37,430 nt of DNA, taken from IMG/VR virus record IMGVR_UViG_3300045988_110420. One strand, given 5' to 3'. Within the stretch, counting starts at the first letter, position 1. Every line of letters starts with the position of its first letter. The DNA is from a virus. The position numbers and the translations under genes are program-made. This document shows positions 1 through 6,739 of this stretch, one piece after another. Below the pieces are notes generated by a model that was not told where the DNA came from, did not search any database, and saw only the letters and a list, made by a program, of their open reading frames with translations.

Positions 1-99
1 CTTTTTTTTTGCTTTCAACCGCTTTTCTTGTTTTTCCCATCCTTACCACTTTCCCTCCATCAACTCTTTATAACTGATCCCCCCAGCCAATCCCGGCGA
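1..99. repeat. Terminal overlap, copy A (identical to 37332-37430): closure of a circular molecule
   Basis: Read directly: both ends carry the same 99 nt (c, t x9, gctttcaaccgcttttcttg ... ccagccaatcccggcga). Gene order is continuous across the junction. Confidence 0.9.
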
Positions 100-375
100 C
101 TTGTCCGAATCCTCCGCTTTGAAATACGCTCCCTCAATGGCTGGATGCATGAATTCAATCATGGCAAAATTCCGAATATCCACCAGGTATTCCATGTTCC
201 CTGTTTTCTCATACAGGTCTAACCGCTCCCGGATGCATTTGTACGCCTGCGCCAGTTCCGGGTATGTTTGGCTGCACCACCCGTATTTGTAATGGCTGAC
301 GATCATTCTGTTTTTCGCCAGCTTATCAAATTCTTCCGACCAATCTCGTTCCAGTATTTTTTCAGCTGTGTCCAT
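43..375 (-). CDS. Hypothetical early protein (110 aa)
   Basis: ORF track 43..471. I prefer the ATG at 375 (MDTAEKILERDW...), 12 nt after the stop of the upstream PP-loop gene. No motif recognised with confidence. Confidence 0.6.
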   Translation of the reverse strand: MDTAEKILERDWSEEFDKLAKNRMIVSHYKYGWCSQTYPELAQAYKCIRERLDLYEKTGNMEYLVDIRNFAMIEFMHPAIEGAYFKAEDSDKSPGLAGGISYKELMEGKW

Positions 376-386
376 AGCTCTACCCC

Positions 387-1157
387 CTATATATCTAACC
401 TCATTTGTTTGTCCTCCATCTGAAATATTTCCTCCCTGTCGTGGATCCTTGTTTTTTTCAAAACATTCCACATATTTCCGATTGTTTCTGGATCATTTTC
501 TAAAAACAAAAGTGTATTCCAATGCTCTATGTGGTTTTTCCTCAAATGGCGTAATTCTTTTTCTTTTGCATTGGGACAAAACCAACATCCGCCCCTTTCC
601 GTAAATTCATATATTGGAGATAGCAAATCATATTTTTTACACAATTCAAACGCCATGTGTTCCGTGTATCCGTATTTTTCCAATAGGCTAACAGTATTTT
701 TCGTTTTAACAATTCGTTCAATCCTTTTCTTTTCATCGACAGCGATACCGACGTATTGTGTATATTCTCCTTCTACAGATTTCCAAAATTGACGAATTGG
801 ACGCATCTTACAATCTCTGTTAATGTCGCATTTTCCTGTTATCGGAAATCCTTTTTTTCTTCCCATTCTGTGTAAATTTTTCGTTTTATTAATCTTATAA
901 ACACGATGATTAAAACAATCCATATACGTTCGATCTGACCGCAGTATATGCACTGGATACCCCCAGGTTTCAAATACTTTCGCCGCTTTATGCACAAATT
1001 CAATATGTTCTGGCATTTCGCCAGAAATGCTCTCGTTAAACATAACCTCTGCGAAAATTATCATATCCAACGGTTCTCCATTTTCATGTGCCAGAATAAT
1101 ACTTGCCGTGGAATCCTTCCCCCCCGACCAGCTAGCTATGTATTTCAACTTCCTCAC
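387..1157 (-). CDS. PP-loop ATP pyrophosphatase, PAPS-reductase-like family protein
   Basis: N-terminal SWSGGKDS PP-loop and C-terminal ERGGCWFCP cysteine pair; 256 aa. Visibly more AT-rich than its neighbours. The start may be GTG 1157 or TTG 1148. Confidence 0.8.
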   Translation of the reverse strand: MRKLKYIASWSGGKDSTASIILAHENGEPLDMIIFAEVMFNESISGEMPEHIEFVHKAAKVFETWGYPVHILRSDRTYMDCFNHRVYKINKTKNLHRMGRKKGFPITGKCDINRDCKMRPIRQFWKSVEGEYTQYVGIAVDEKKRIERIVKTKNTVSLLEKYGYTEHMAFELCKKYDLLSPIYEFTERGGCWFCPNAKEKELRHLRKNHIEHWNTLLFLENDPETIGNMWNVLKKTRIHDREEIFQMEDKQMRLDI

Positions 1158-1226
1158 CTCAAAACGGCATTCTTCCCTTATTCCACCAGCAAACCACCTT
1201 GATGATCCCTCTGCAAATCATCCCTC

Positions 1227-1748
1227 TCAAATGAGCCAAAATCCTTCCTCCTCTCCATGAATGCACTTTCCCATTTCCTCCACAAACTGGCTTTCATATT
1301 CACACATCCAACAGTCATTCACCGGCAATGCCCCATATTTCAACATGCAGAATATCTTGTACTGCTTCAATCCGCTTTCCTCCACCATGCTTTCCATTTC
1401 CGCTTTCCGCTGCTCCGCTTCTTCCAGATCCAGCATGATGTAATTTTTTCCGATCAGGTCGATAAATTCTTCTCTGGTATGTGTTTTCTCGTATTCTCTC
1501 TGACAAATGCACTTCAGCGCCCGATCCAAACCATTCTCCGGATTCGCATGCAGACCGCCCAGCCCTGCCAGATGCTTCTCTGGTACCAGATAGCACCAGA
1601 AACCATTTTTGTCTGAAATCTCTCGTTTCCCACTTCCATGATAGATGTGATGCTTCTGCAAACCATTTTCTCTCCCGGTTACAAAACAACGCTTATCCTT
1701 CCCCGTCAGGATGCTCCATGTGTGGCTCCCCTTCTTTTCCGTTGCCAT
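1227..1748 (-). CDS. Conserved phage protein with His-rich N-terminal module (putative HNH/His-Me-finger-like), 173 aa
   Basis: ATG at 1748 follows GGAGGTG. Motif CFVTG..LQKHHIYHGSGKREISDKNGFWCYLVPEKH...LHANP...EEFIDLIGKNYI resembles a family common in Firmicutes prophages. The function is not verified. Confidence 0.55.
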   Translation of the reverse strand: MATEKKGSHTWSILTGKDKRCFVTGRENGLQKHHIYHGSGKREISDKNGFWCYLVPEKHLAGLGGLHANPENGLDRALKCICQREYEKTHTREEFIDLIGKNYIMLDLEEAEQRKAEMESMVEESGLKQYKIFCMLKYGALPVNDCWMCEYESQFVEEMGKCIHGEEEGFWLI

Positions 1749-2445
1749 AGTCTTCACCTCCGATTCTCACTGCTCTTACATATCTTGTCTTTCCGGTGAT
1801 CTCCGAAAAATACGAAATATCTTCGATGACTTTATAGTTTTTGGGTACTTTTGTCCGCTTTGTTTCCTTTTCCTTGGAAATCAGCGTGACCTTTACTTTC
1901 GGCTTCACCAAATTCCGGCTGCCGCTCCACCTTTTTCCATATTCTTTGTAATTTTCTTTTGTGATGTAAAAGGCAAGCCCCGTATAATCTCCGCCCGGCT
2001 CCAGGATGGAAACCATCACACGACCCAGCCCCCATACCTCTTTCAGTTCCTTCATGGTCAAGTCCATTTTGTTGATGAGCAGATGCACGTGCTCTCTCTT
2101 ATTTTTCCGCTCCACCACATATAAATATTTCAGCTCACTGTATCCCTTCCGCTTCCGCAGCCGTTTCAATCTGCTGATAAAATTTCTGAATAACCGCAGG
2201 GCATTTTCCACATCTACCCTCTCCCGGAACGTCAACGTCAAAAATAAATCCCCTTGCCGGAAATTTGCGTTCACCATTCTTGCACATTTCCTTCTTGCTT
2301 CCAGGCAGTTGTATTCTTCCATTTTTTCCGTTGACAGATTTTCTTTCGCTGCTCTCTCACAGCTCATTCCTCTTTCTCTTGGGGAAAAATATATCTTTTC
2401 TTCGTATACATCCCCCGCCCAAATCCTTTTTAAGTATCTCGGCAT
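1693..2445 (-). CDS. rep: Rolling-circle replication initiator, HUH endonuclease (Rep_1/pC194-like)
   Basis: Motif 1 is FLTLTF, motif 2 (HUH) is EHVHLLI, and motif 3 is the tyrosine region AFYITKENYKEY, all in canonical order and spacing. GAGGTGAAAGG RBS before the ATG at 2445. Confidence 0.75.
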   Translation of the reverse strand: MPRYLKRIWAGDVYEEKIYFSPRERGMSCERAAKENLSTEKMEEYNCLEARRKCARMVNANFRQGDLFLTLTFRERVDVENALRLFRNFISRLKRLRKRKGYSELKYLYVVERKNKREHVHLLINKMDLTMKELKEVWGLGRVMVSILEPGGDYTGLAFYITKENYKEYGKRWSGSRNLVKPKVKVTLISKEKETKRTKVPKNYKVIEDISYFSEITGKTRYVRAVRIGGEDYGNGKEGEPHMEHPDGEG

Positions 2446-2490
2446 CCTTTCACCTCATATTTATGTATCTCTCTATTCCTATCTGTTTAT

Positions 2491-2549
2491 AGGGGTATGC
2501 CCCTAATGTTAATCACATTATCAAGGGTCAAAAGGGACCCCCGTCCCTT
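2491..2549 (-). promoter_or_regulatory. Putative double-strand origin (dso): CTTGATA nick motif flanked by three hairpins
   Basis: The minus strand reads CTTGATA at 2525-2519. Hairpins: AGGGG-tatg-CCCCT (2491-2504), TAATGT-5nt-ACATTA (2504-2520, overlapping the motif) and AAGGGAC-cccc-GTCCCTT (2532-2549). The region lies directly upstream of rep. Confidence 0.5.
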
Positions 2550-2606
2550 GCAAAATCAACCTTTTTTGGTATCATAAAACTGTATCTCGTATTCAATTAT
2601 CTGTGG

Positions 2607-2639
2607 GAAGGACGCTCTCTCTTTTTGAGAACGCCCTTC
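2607..2639 (-). other. 13-bp stem-loop directly after the DUF3846-like gene stop, strand-specific (G-U pairs only on the minus transcript)
   Basis: On the minus strand, gaagggcgttctc / gagagcgtccttc pair perfectly if two G-U wobbles are allowed. The plus-strand equivalent would have A-C mismatches. No U-tract follows the stem. Confidence 0.4.
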
Positions 2640-2644
2640 TTTTT

Positions 2645-2935
2645 TTATGCAAGGATTTCTTCCAGCTGCTCCATCTGCTTTTCTGTCAAATCCCCGAATT
2701 CTTCCCCATTCTCGCCTACCAGAAGAAAATCCCCGTTGATGGTATAAAAATGCGTGTTCGGTTCCAGCTTCAACAACTTCCCTTCTTCGTTGCAGATCAG
2801 CACCACACCCTCCGCAAGTTTCAGCGTTTGGATATATCCGCCCACCGTTTCCTGTAATGCTTTCAGTTCGTTTTTCACTTCCACTCGCCGGATCTCTCCT
2901 CTCACCGGTACCAGCAGTCCTTTGATGTATTCCAT
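2645..2935 (-). CDS. DUF3846-like protein (96 aa)
   Basis: MEYIKGLLVPVRGEIRRVEV...LQETVGGYIQTL...VLICNEEGKLLKLEPN...INGDFLLVGENGEEFGDLTEKQ matches the DUF3846 pattern (VGG...CNEEGKL...G.F...LT). GGAGG RBS before the ATG at 2935. Confidence 0.7.
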   Translation of the reverse strand: MEYIKGLLVPVRGEIRRVEVKNELKALQETVGGYIQTLKLAEGVVLICNEEGKLLKLEPNTHFYTINGDFLLVGENGEEFGDLTEKQMEQLEEILA

Positions 2936-2937
2936 TC

Positions 2938-3285
2938 CTACGCCTCCAATTCCATTTGATTTCCAATGATCTCTACTTTTCCGTCCATCTGTTTCATGTC
3001 TTCTTCTGTCAAGTCCTTGATCATCATGCCCACCATGCGGAACAGCAGCCCTTTTCCATGGATCAGTTTTTTCTCTCCCTCCCATCCGTCGTACATAGGT
3101 CCATCCGGGTTCTTCTGTGCATCGTATGCCAGAAACACTCTCTCACTGATAGGATGCATGGGAACGATGTCCACGCCACCTACTGCCTCAATCTTCGCCG
3201 TCATGTCTAGCATCTTCGGGCTCTGTTTCACTACTCTCTGCCCCTTCTCCGTGATAAAGATCATCTGCACTGATTTCATCATCAT
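2938..3285 (-). CDS. DUF3846-like paralogue (115 aa)
   Basis: GGAAGGAG RBS precedes ATG ATG ATG at 3285. IEAVGGVDIV...LIHGKGLLFRMVG..DLTEEDMKQM has the same architecture as the downstream gene. Confidence 0.6.
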   Translation of the reverse strand: MMMKSVQMIFITEKGQRVVKQSPKMLDMTAKIEAVGGVDIVPMHPISERVFLAYDAQKNPDGPMYDGWEGEKKLIHGKGLLFRMVGMMIKDLTEEDMKQMDGKVEIIGNQMELEA

Positions 3286-3832
3286 ACACTCCTTCCCATC
3301 CTCGTTCCTGTCTGCACTTTCTCCACATGATGTTGACCTTGTCCATAAAATCATCGTTCATGACCACCGGCGAAATGACAGCAACCAGAATCAATCCATC
3401 TTTCACAGCAACCATTCTTCTTCCCTTTTCTCCTCGCAGGAAAAAAGCTAAATACTTGCTGTCCATCTTCCGCACCGGTTCCAGCAGGTCTTCGTCCATC
3501 CACAACACTCCGTCCGGCGCATAGAATGGCGTCAAAAACATTCCATTATAAAATACAGAAATCCCTGCCGGATCTGCCGTCAGCTCCGTTTCCTCCACTC
3601 TGTCCTGCTTTGTCACTCCTTCCGTATCCACCATGTCCTTTTTGCTCCATTTTTCCTTTTGGGTTTCTGTAACCCCCAATAGGTTCAGAAAATCGTCACT
3701 GGTCATTTTCGGCAGCCCTTCCAATCGGTAAACCGCATACCCGTTGCTCATCCATTGCCCACCGTCTAAATCTGTCATGATGAAACAGGCTTTATTTCTT
3801 TTCGCCACTCTGGCAATTTCTGTAAACTTCAT
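3188..3832 (-). CDS. Hypothetical early protein (214 aa) with acidic C-terminal tail
   Basis: ORF track. ATG at 3832. The 3' end overlaps the next gene by 98 nt out of frame. Confidence 0.65.
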   Translation of the reverse strand: MKFTEIARVAKRNKACFIMTDLDGGQWMSNGYAVYRLEGLPKMTSDDFLNLLGVTETQKEKWSKKDMVDTEGVTKQDRVEETELTADPAGISVFYNGMFLTPFYAPDGVLWMDEDLLEPVRKMDSKYLAFFLRGEKGRRMVAVKDGLILVAVISPVVMNDDFMDKVNIMWRKCRQERGWEGVYDDEISADDLYHGEGAESSETEPEDARHDGED

Positions 3833-3939
3833 AATGTTCCACCTTTCTTCTCAGCTTCCGGTTTTCTTCCACCAATACCCCAAAGCAAAGCACCGTAAAG
3901 AAAACCAATATCATACAAACCACCATGATTTTTTCCAAA

Positions 3940-4212
3940 TCAAACAAGCGTGACCCTCCCTTCCGATTCCTTTCCCAAAATCTCGTTATATCGGAAGCTC
4001 ACCACATACCCCGCTTCCATCCGCACTGTAAAGATGTGCGGATATAAACCTTCTACTTTGCCTTTGCTGATGTAGTCGTTGTCCTCACCGTTTACCCTCC
4101 GGCGAATGTGCTTGATTTTCTTCCCGACCCTTAGTCCCAGCCGCTCCGCTTCTTTTCTCATGTCCACGTTTCTTCTTCCTTTCAAATACGCAATGTGGGC
4201 ATACATACCCAT
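3940..4212 (-). CDS. Small basic protein, possibly Veg-like (DUF1021-type)
   Basis: RVGKKIKHIRRRVNGEDNDYISKGKVEGLYPHIFTVRMEAGYVVSFRYNEIL resembles the Veg pattern (G+..., YP.+F.+......VS+.Y..IL). Weak call made by eye. Confidence 0.45.
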   Translation of the reverse strand: MGMYAHIAYLKGRRNVDMRKEAERLGLRVGKKIKHIRRRVNGEDNDYISKGKVEGLYPHIFTVRMEAGYVVSFRYNEILGKESEGRVTLV

Positions 4213-4288
4213 TTTTGGTATCCTGTCCTTTTGCTATGTTCCATTTCTCGCCGCAGATCTTGCAGCAAACATACCTCAACTCTTTCAT
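4085..4288 (-). CDS. Zinc-ribbon protein with basic tail (67 aa)
   Basis: CCKIC...CPHC pair in the first 35 aa. ATG at 4288. The 3' 128 nt overlap the next ORF out of frame. Confidence 0.5.
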   Translation of the reverse strand: MKELRYVCCKICGEKWNIAKGQDTKNGYVCPHCVFERKKKRGHEKRSGAAGTKGREENQAHSPEGKR

Positions 4289-4296
4289 GGCAACCT

Positions 4297-4512
4297 TCAA
4301 ATGATGTTCTCTGTTTTGATATTTAATTTTTCTTGTAATGTTCTCACTTCTGCCACTGTAAAGGTGGAAGGCTCCCGCAGCCTTCTCCCCAACGTGGTGG
4401 CGGAAATATGCAGCATGACGGCTACATCTTCCCGCTTGTAGCCGTACAGCGTCATGTTTTTGATGATTTCCCCTAGCAGTTCTCTGTCCTTAGAGGAAAA
4501 ATTTGATTTCAT
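4297..4512 (-). CDS. Putative HTH DNA-binding protein (71 aa)
   Basis: AGAGGTG RBS before the ATG at 4512. DVAVMLHISATTLGRRLRE looks like a helix-turn-helix. Confidence 0.55.
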   Translation of the reverse strand: MKSNFSSKDRELLGEIIKNMTLYGYKREDVAVMLHISATTLGRRLREPSTFTVAEVRTLQEKLNIKTENII

Positions 4513-4762
4513 AAAATCACCTCTTTTTGATTGACAGGCTTCTTCCTTCTGACTTATCCTTTTCTTGGCGGCTGCCGGAAAGGTAGGACCCATGCGTTAT
4601 TTTGATGTTCAGATCAAATGCCCTCAATCTCCCGGTATCCTTCGCAGTTCCCTGCTGCGTGGCGTACAGACGCCAAATGGAGATTGGATTTATTCACCTT
4701 TTAACGGATGTGAATTTGCAAATGGTACACCCGTTTGTCTGCATTGCCAGAATGTACTTCGT

Positions 4763-4975
4763 TCATTCTTCATGAAGCAAAATCATGCACTGCCGCATGG
4801 CATTGTTTATGATCCGCTGAATCTGTAATTGTTTTTCGATACAGGCAGCCGCCACTTTTACCGCTTCCCGAAACGCTTCCTCGTTTGCTGTCAGGTAAGC
4901 CGCCGTTTCCCCTTCTTTACATTCCTGTAAAAATCCCAATAGTTCCAAAGCGTTTTCCAATGACATACTTTCCAT
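4763..4975 (-). CDS. Hypothetical early protein (70 aa)
   Basis: ORF track 4763..4987. ATG at 4975 preceded by GAAAGGA. Confidence 0.55.
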   Translation of the reverse strand: MESMSLENALELLGFLQECKEGETAAYLTANEEAFREAVKVAAACIEKQLQIQRIINNAMRQCMILLHEE

Positions 4976-5029
4976 TTTTCCTTTCAAGTTTCTTTGGAGT
5001 TTTCTCCATTTTCGTCTAGTTTCTTTTAT

Positions 5030-5046
5030 GTGTCTAATTAAGACAC
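5030..5046. promoter_or_regulatory. Operator-like palindrome GTGTCT-N5-AGACAC (site 1)
   Basis: Perfect 6+5+6 palindrome overlapping the stop codon of the Cro-like gene. Same half-sites as 5275-5291. Confidence 0.6.
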
Positions 5047-5256
5047 AATTTTGTCAAAAAAAATATCCACCACTTCTTCTGACGATAATCCATACTTATT
5101 TCTGATTCTTCCGATTTCTCCCTGTGTAAATTCTGCCCCACCTGTTTCATTGATTTTCATTGAAAATGTACTTCTTGCAATCCCCAAATACATTGCCAAT
5201 GATGTTCCAGTATCTCCATGCAGCTTCATAATTGCTTCTAATTTCAGTTTATTCAT
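5038..5256 (-). CDS. Cro-like XRE-family HTH regulator (72 aa)
   Basis: HTH TSLAMYLGIARSTFSMKIN. Divergent from the S24 repressor gene. AAAGGAGGG RBS. Confidence 0.8.
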   Translation of the reverse strand: MNKLKLEAIMKLHGDTGTSLAMYLGIARSTFSMKINETGGAEFTQGEIGRIRNKYGLSSEEVVDIFFDKIVS

Positions 5257-5274
5257 TCTATCCCTCCTTTCAAA

Positions 5275-5291
5275 GTGTCTGTTTTAGACAC
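5275..5291. promoter_or_regulatory. Operator-like palindrome GTGTCT-N5-AGACAC (site 2)
   Basis: Perfect palindrome between the -10 of the leftward promoter and the Cro-like RBS. Additional AGACAC half-sites at 5343-5348 and 5395-5400. Confidence 0.65.
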
Positions 5292-5295
5292 TTCT

Positions 5296-5324
5296 AAAAT
5301 AACACTTTATAATTTTATTGTCAA
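5296..5324 (-). promoter_or_regulatory. Leftward (lytic) promoter: TTGACA - 17 nt - TATTTT
   Basis: On the minus strand, -35 TTGACA is at 5324-5319 and -10 TATTTT at 5301-5296, preceded by TGT. Confidence 0.55.
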
Positions 5325-5363
5325 CGAATTTTTTGTATTTTTAAGACACTTTTTTTGATTTTT

Positions 5364-5392
5364 CTTGCATTTCCCTATTTTTTGTTGTAAAA
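5364..5392 (+). promoter_or_regulatory. Rightward (maintenance) promoter: TTGCAT - 17 nt - TAAAAT
   Basis: -35 at 5364-5369 and -10 at 5387-5392. An AGACAC half-site follows at 5395-5400, then the AAGGAGG RBS and the ATG at 5420. Confidence 0.6.
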
Positions 5393-5419
5393 TTTAGACA
5401 CTAAGGAGGTGCAACATAT

Positions 5420-6067
5420 ATGGATATGTCTGAACGTATCAAATCAAGACGTCTTTATTTAGGTCTTACCCAAGAAGAACTTGGTCTTAAACTCGGATTG
5501 CAAAAATCAGCAATCGCAAAATATGAAAATGGACGTGTAGAAAACATCAAACGTAGTGTTATTGCAAAAATGGCAGAAGTTTTGGAATGTTCTCCAGCTT
5601 ATCTCATGGGCTGGTCTGATGAAATCAACCCTGCTCCTGCTCTGGATTTATCCAAATTTGACAATATCTATCCCGTCAAATTAAAAAAATTTCCTTTGCT
5701 TGGCGAGATCGCCTGCGGCAAACCCATCTTTGCCAATGAGGACAGAGAAAGCTATATTTTAGCCGGCTCTGACATCCACGCCGACTTCTGCCTGCGTGCC
5801 AAAGGTGACAGCATGATAAATGCCCGTATTCTTGATGGTGACATCGTTTTCATCCGCAAGCAGGATATGGTGGACAATGGCGAAATCGCAGCTGTGGCTA
5901 TCGGTGATGATGTAACACTGAAACGTGTGGTCTATTACCCAGAACAGAACCTGCTGATCCTAAAGGCGGAAAATTCCAAATACCAGGATATGATTTATGC
6001 ACAGGATCAGCTGGATCAAGTGTATATTCTTGGTAAAGCCATTGCTTTTCAGTCAGATGTGAAATAA
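5420..6067 (+). CDS. CI/LexA-like repressor: XRE HTH + peptidase S24 autocleavage domain
   Basis: N-terminal LTQEELGLKLGLQKSAIAKYENG HTH. C-terminal GDSM (Ser nucleophile) and TLKRV (Lys) S24 motifs. 215 aa. Confidence 0.9.
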   Translation: MDMSERIKSRRLYLGLTQEELGLKLGLQKSAIAKYENGRVENIKRSVIAKMAEVLECSPAYLMGWSDEINPAPALDLSKFDNIYPVKLKKFPLLGEIACGKPIFANEDRESYILAGSDIHADFCLRAKGDSMINARILDGDIVFIRKQDMVDNGEIAAVAIGDDVTLKRVVYYPEQNLLILKAENSKYQDMIYAQDQLDQVYILGKAIAFQSDVK

Positions 6068-6087
6068 ATGTTCAAAGGAGAATTGTT

Positions 6088-6735
6088 ATGGGACTTTTCA
6101 AAAGTAAAAAACAGAAAATAATGGAGCAAATCCAAAAAGACATACATTCATTTACTTATCAATGCAGATATCATGAATACTTTGATCTTTCACTTGATTT
6201 TGTTGTTGTTCTTCCTGCCGTTCATATTAAAAACGATGATAGCCTAAAATTCATGAAGTATAATCGATATTGCACCATTGATTCTATTATTTATACGGTT
6301 TATCTCATATCATATATGAATTTTGCTTTAATTTCCTCTGCCAAAGAATTTTATGATGAAATCATGTATCGTATTCAATTTAATTTATCAATTATTTTGA
6401 AAATGAATTATGGTCTAAATGAAAAAATTTGTGTTGAGATGATTTCAAACCGTTTTGCTTTGTATGATAAAACGATTCAAAACATTGATAATAAAGATAT
6501 TGACAAAATTGTAAATACTTTATATGCGCAATTTATATGTGTTTTAACCACTACCATGAATGAGCAGAAATACATCCCTTTTTTTGTGGATTCAGCAATA
6601 TATATAGATGATATCTTTTCTCAAGCTGAAAAAGTAAAAGAAGTACTCAACACCTCTCAATTTATTATTAAGCTATGCTCTGGATCCACCAAATTAAATC
6701 TTGAAACTATTCGCGATTTTTATTGTGAAAGGTGA
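6088..6735 (+). CDS. Hypothetical protein, AT-rich moron gene 1 (215 aa)
   Basis: AAAGGAG RBS, 20 nt after the repressor stop. Strongly AT-rich codon usage. No motif recognised. Confidence 0.7.
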   Translation: MGLFKSKKQKIMEQIQKDIHSFTYQCRYHEYFDLSLDFVVVLPAVHIKNDDSLKFMKYNRYCTIDSIIYTVYLISYMNFALISSAKEFYDEIMYRIQFNLSIILKMNYGLNEKICVEMISNRFALYDKTIQNIDNKDIDKIVNTLYAQFICVLTTTMNEQKYIPFFVDSAIYIDDIFSQAEKVKEVLNTSQFIIKLCSGSTKLNLETIRDFYCER

Positions 6736-6739
6736 TTTT

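Noticed and set aside
2556-2966. 136-aa minus-strand ORF overlapping the DUF3846-like gene in another frame
   Set aside because: It is Arg/Gly-rich and low-complexity, and it runs across the intergenic hairpin. The DUF3846 frame has recognisable motifs and an RBS.
3792-3926. Possible 44-aa TM peptide (MVVCMILVFFTVLCFGVLVEENRKL...) on the minus strand
   Set aside because: It has a weak or absent RBS and overlaps the start of the well-supported 3188-3832 gene by about 40 nt. The evidence is too thin to annotate.
4513-4828. Plus-strand ORF 4565-4828 (87 aa) in the gap between two minus-strand early genes
   Set aside because: It has a TTG start and no convincing RBS. It overlaps the 3' end of the 4763-4975 gene on the opposite strand, and its sequence is not protein-like. 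I treat 4513-4762 as non-coding. It contains a small TGGCGT-acag-ACGCCA hairpin at 4660-4675.
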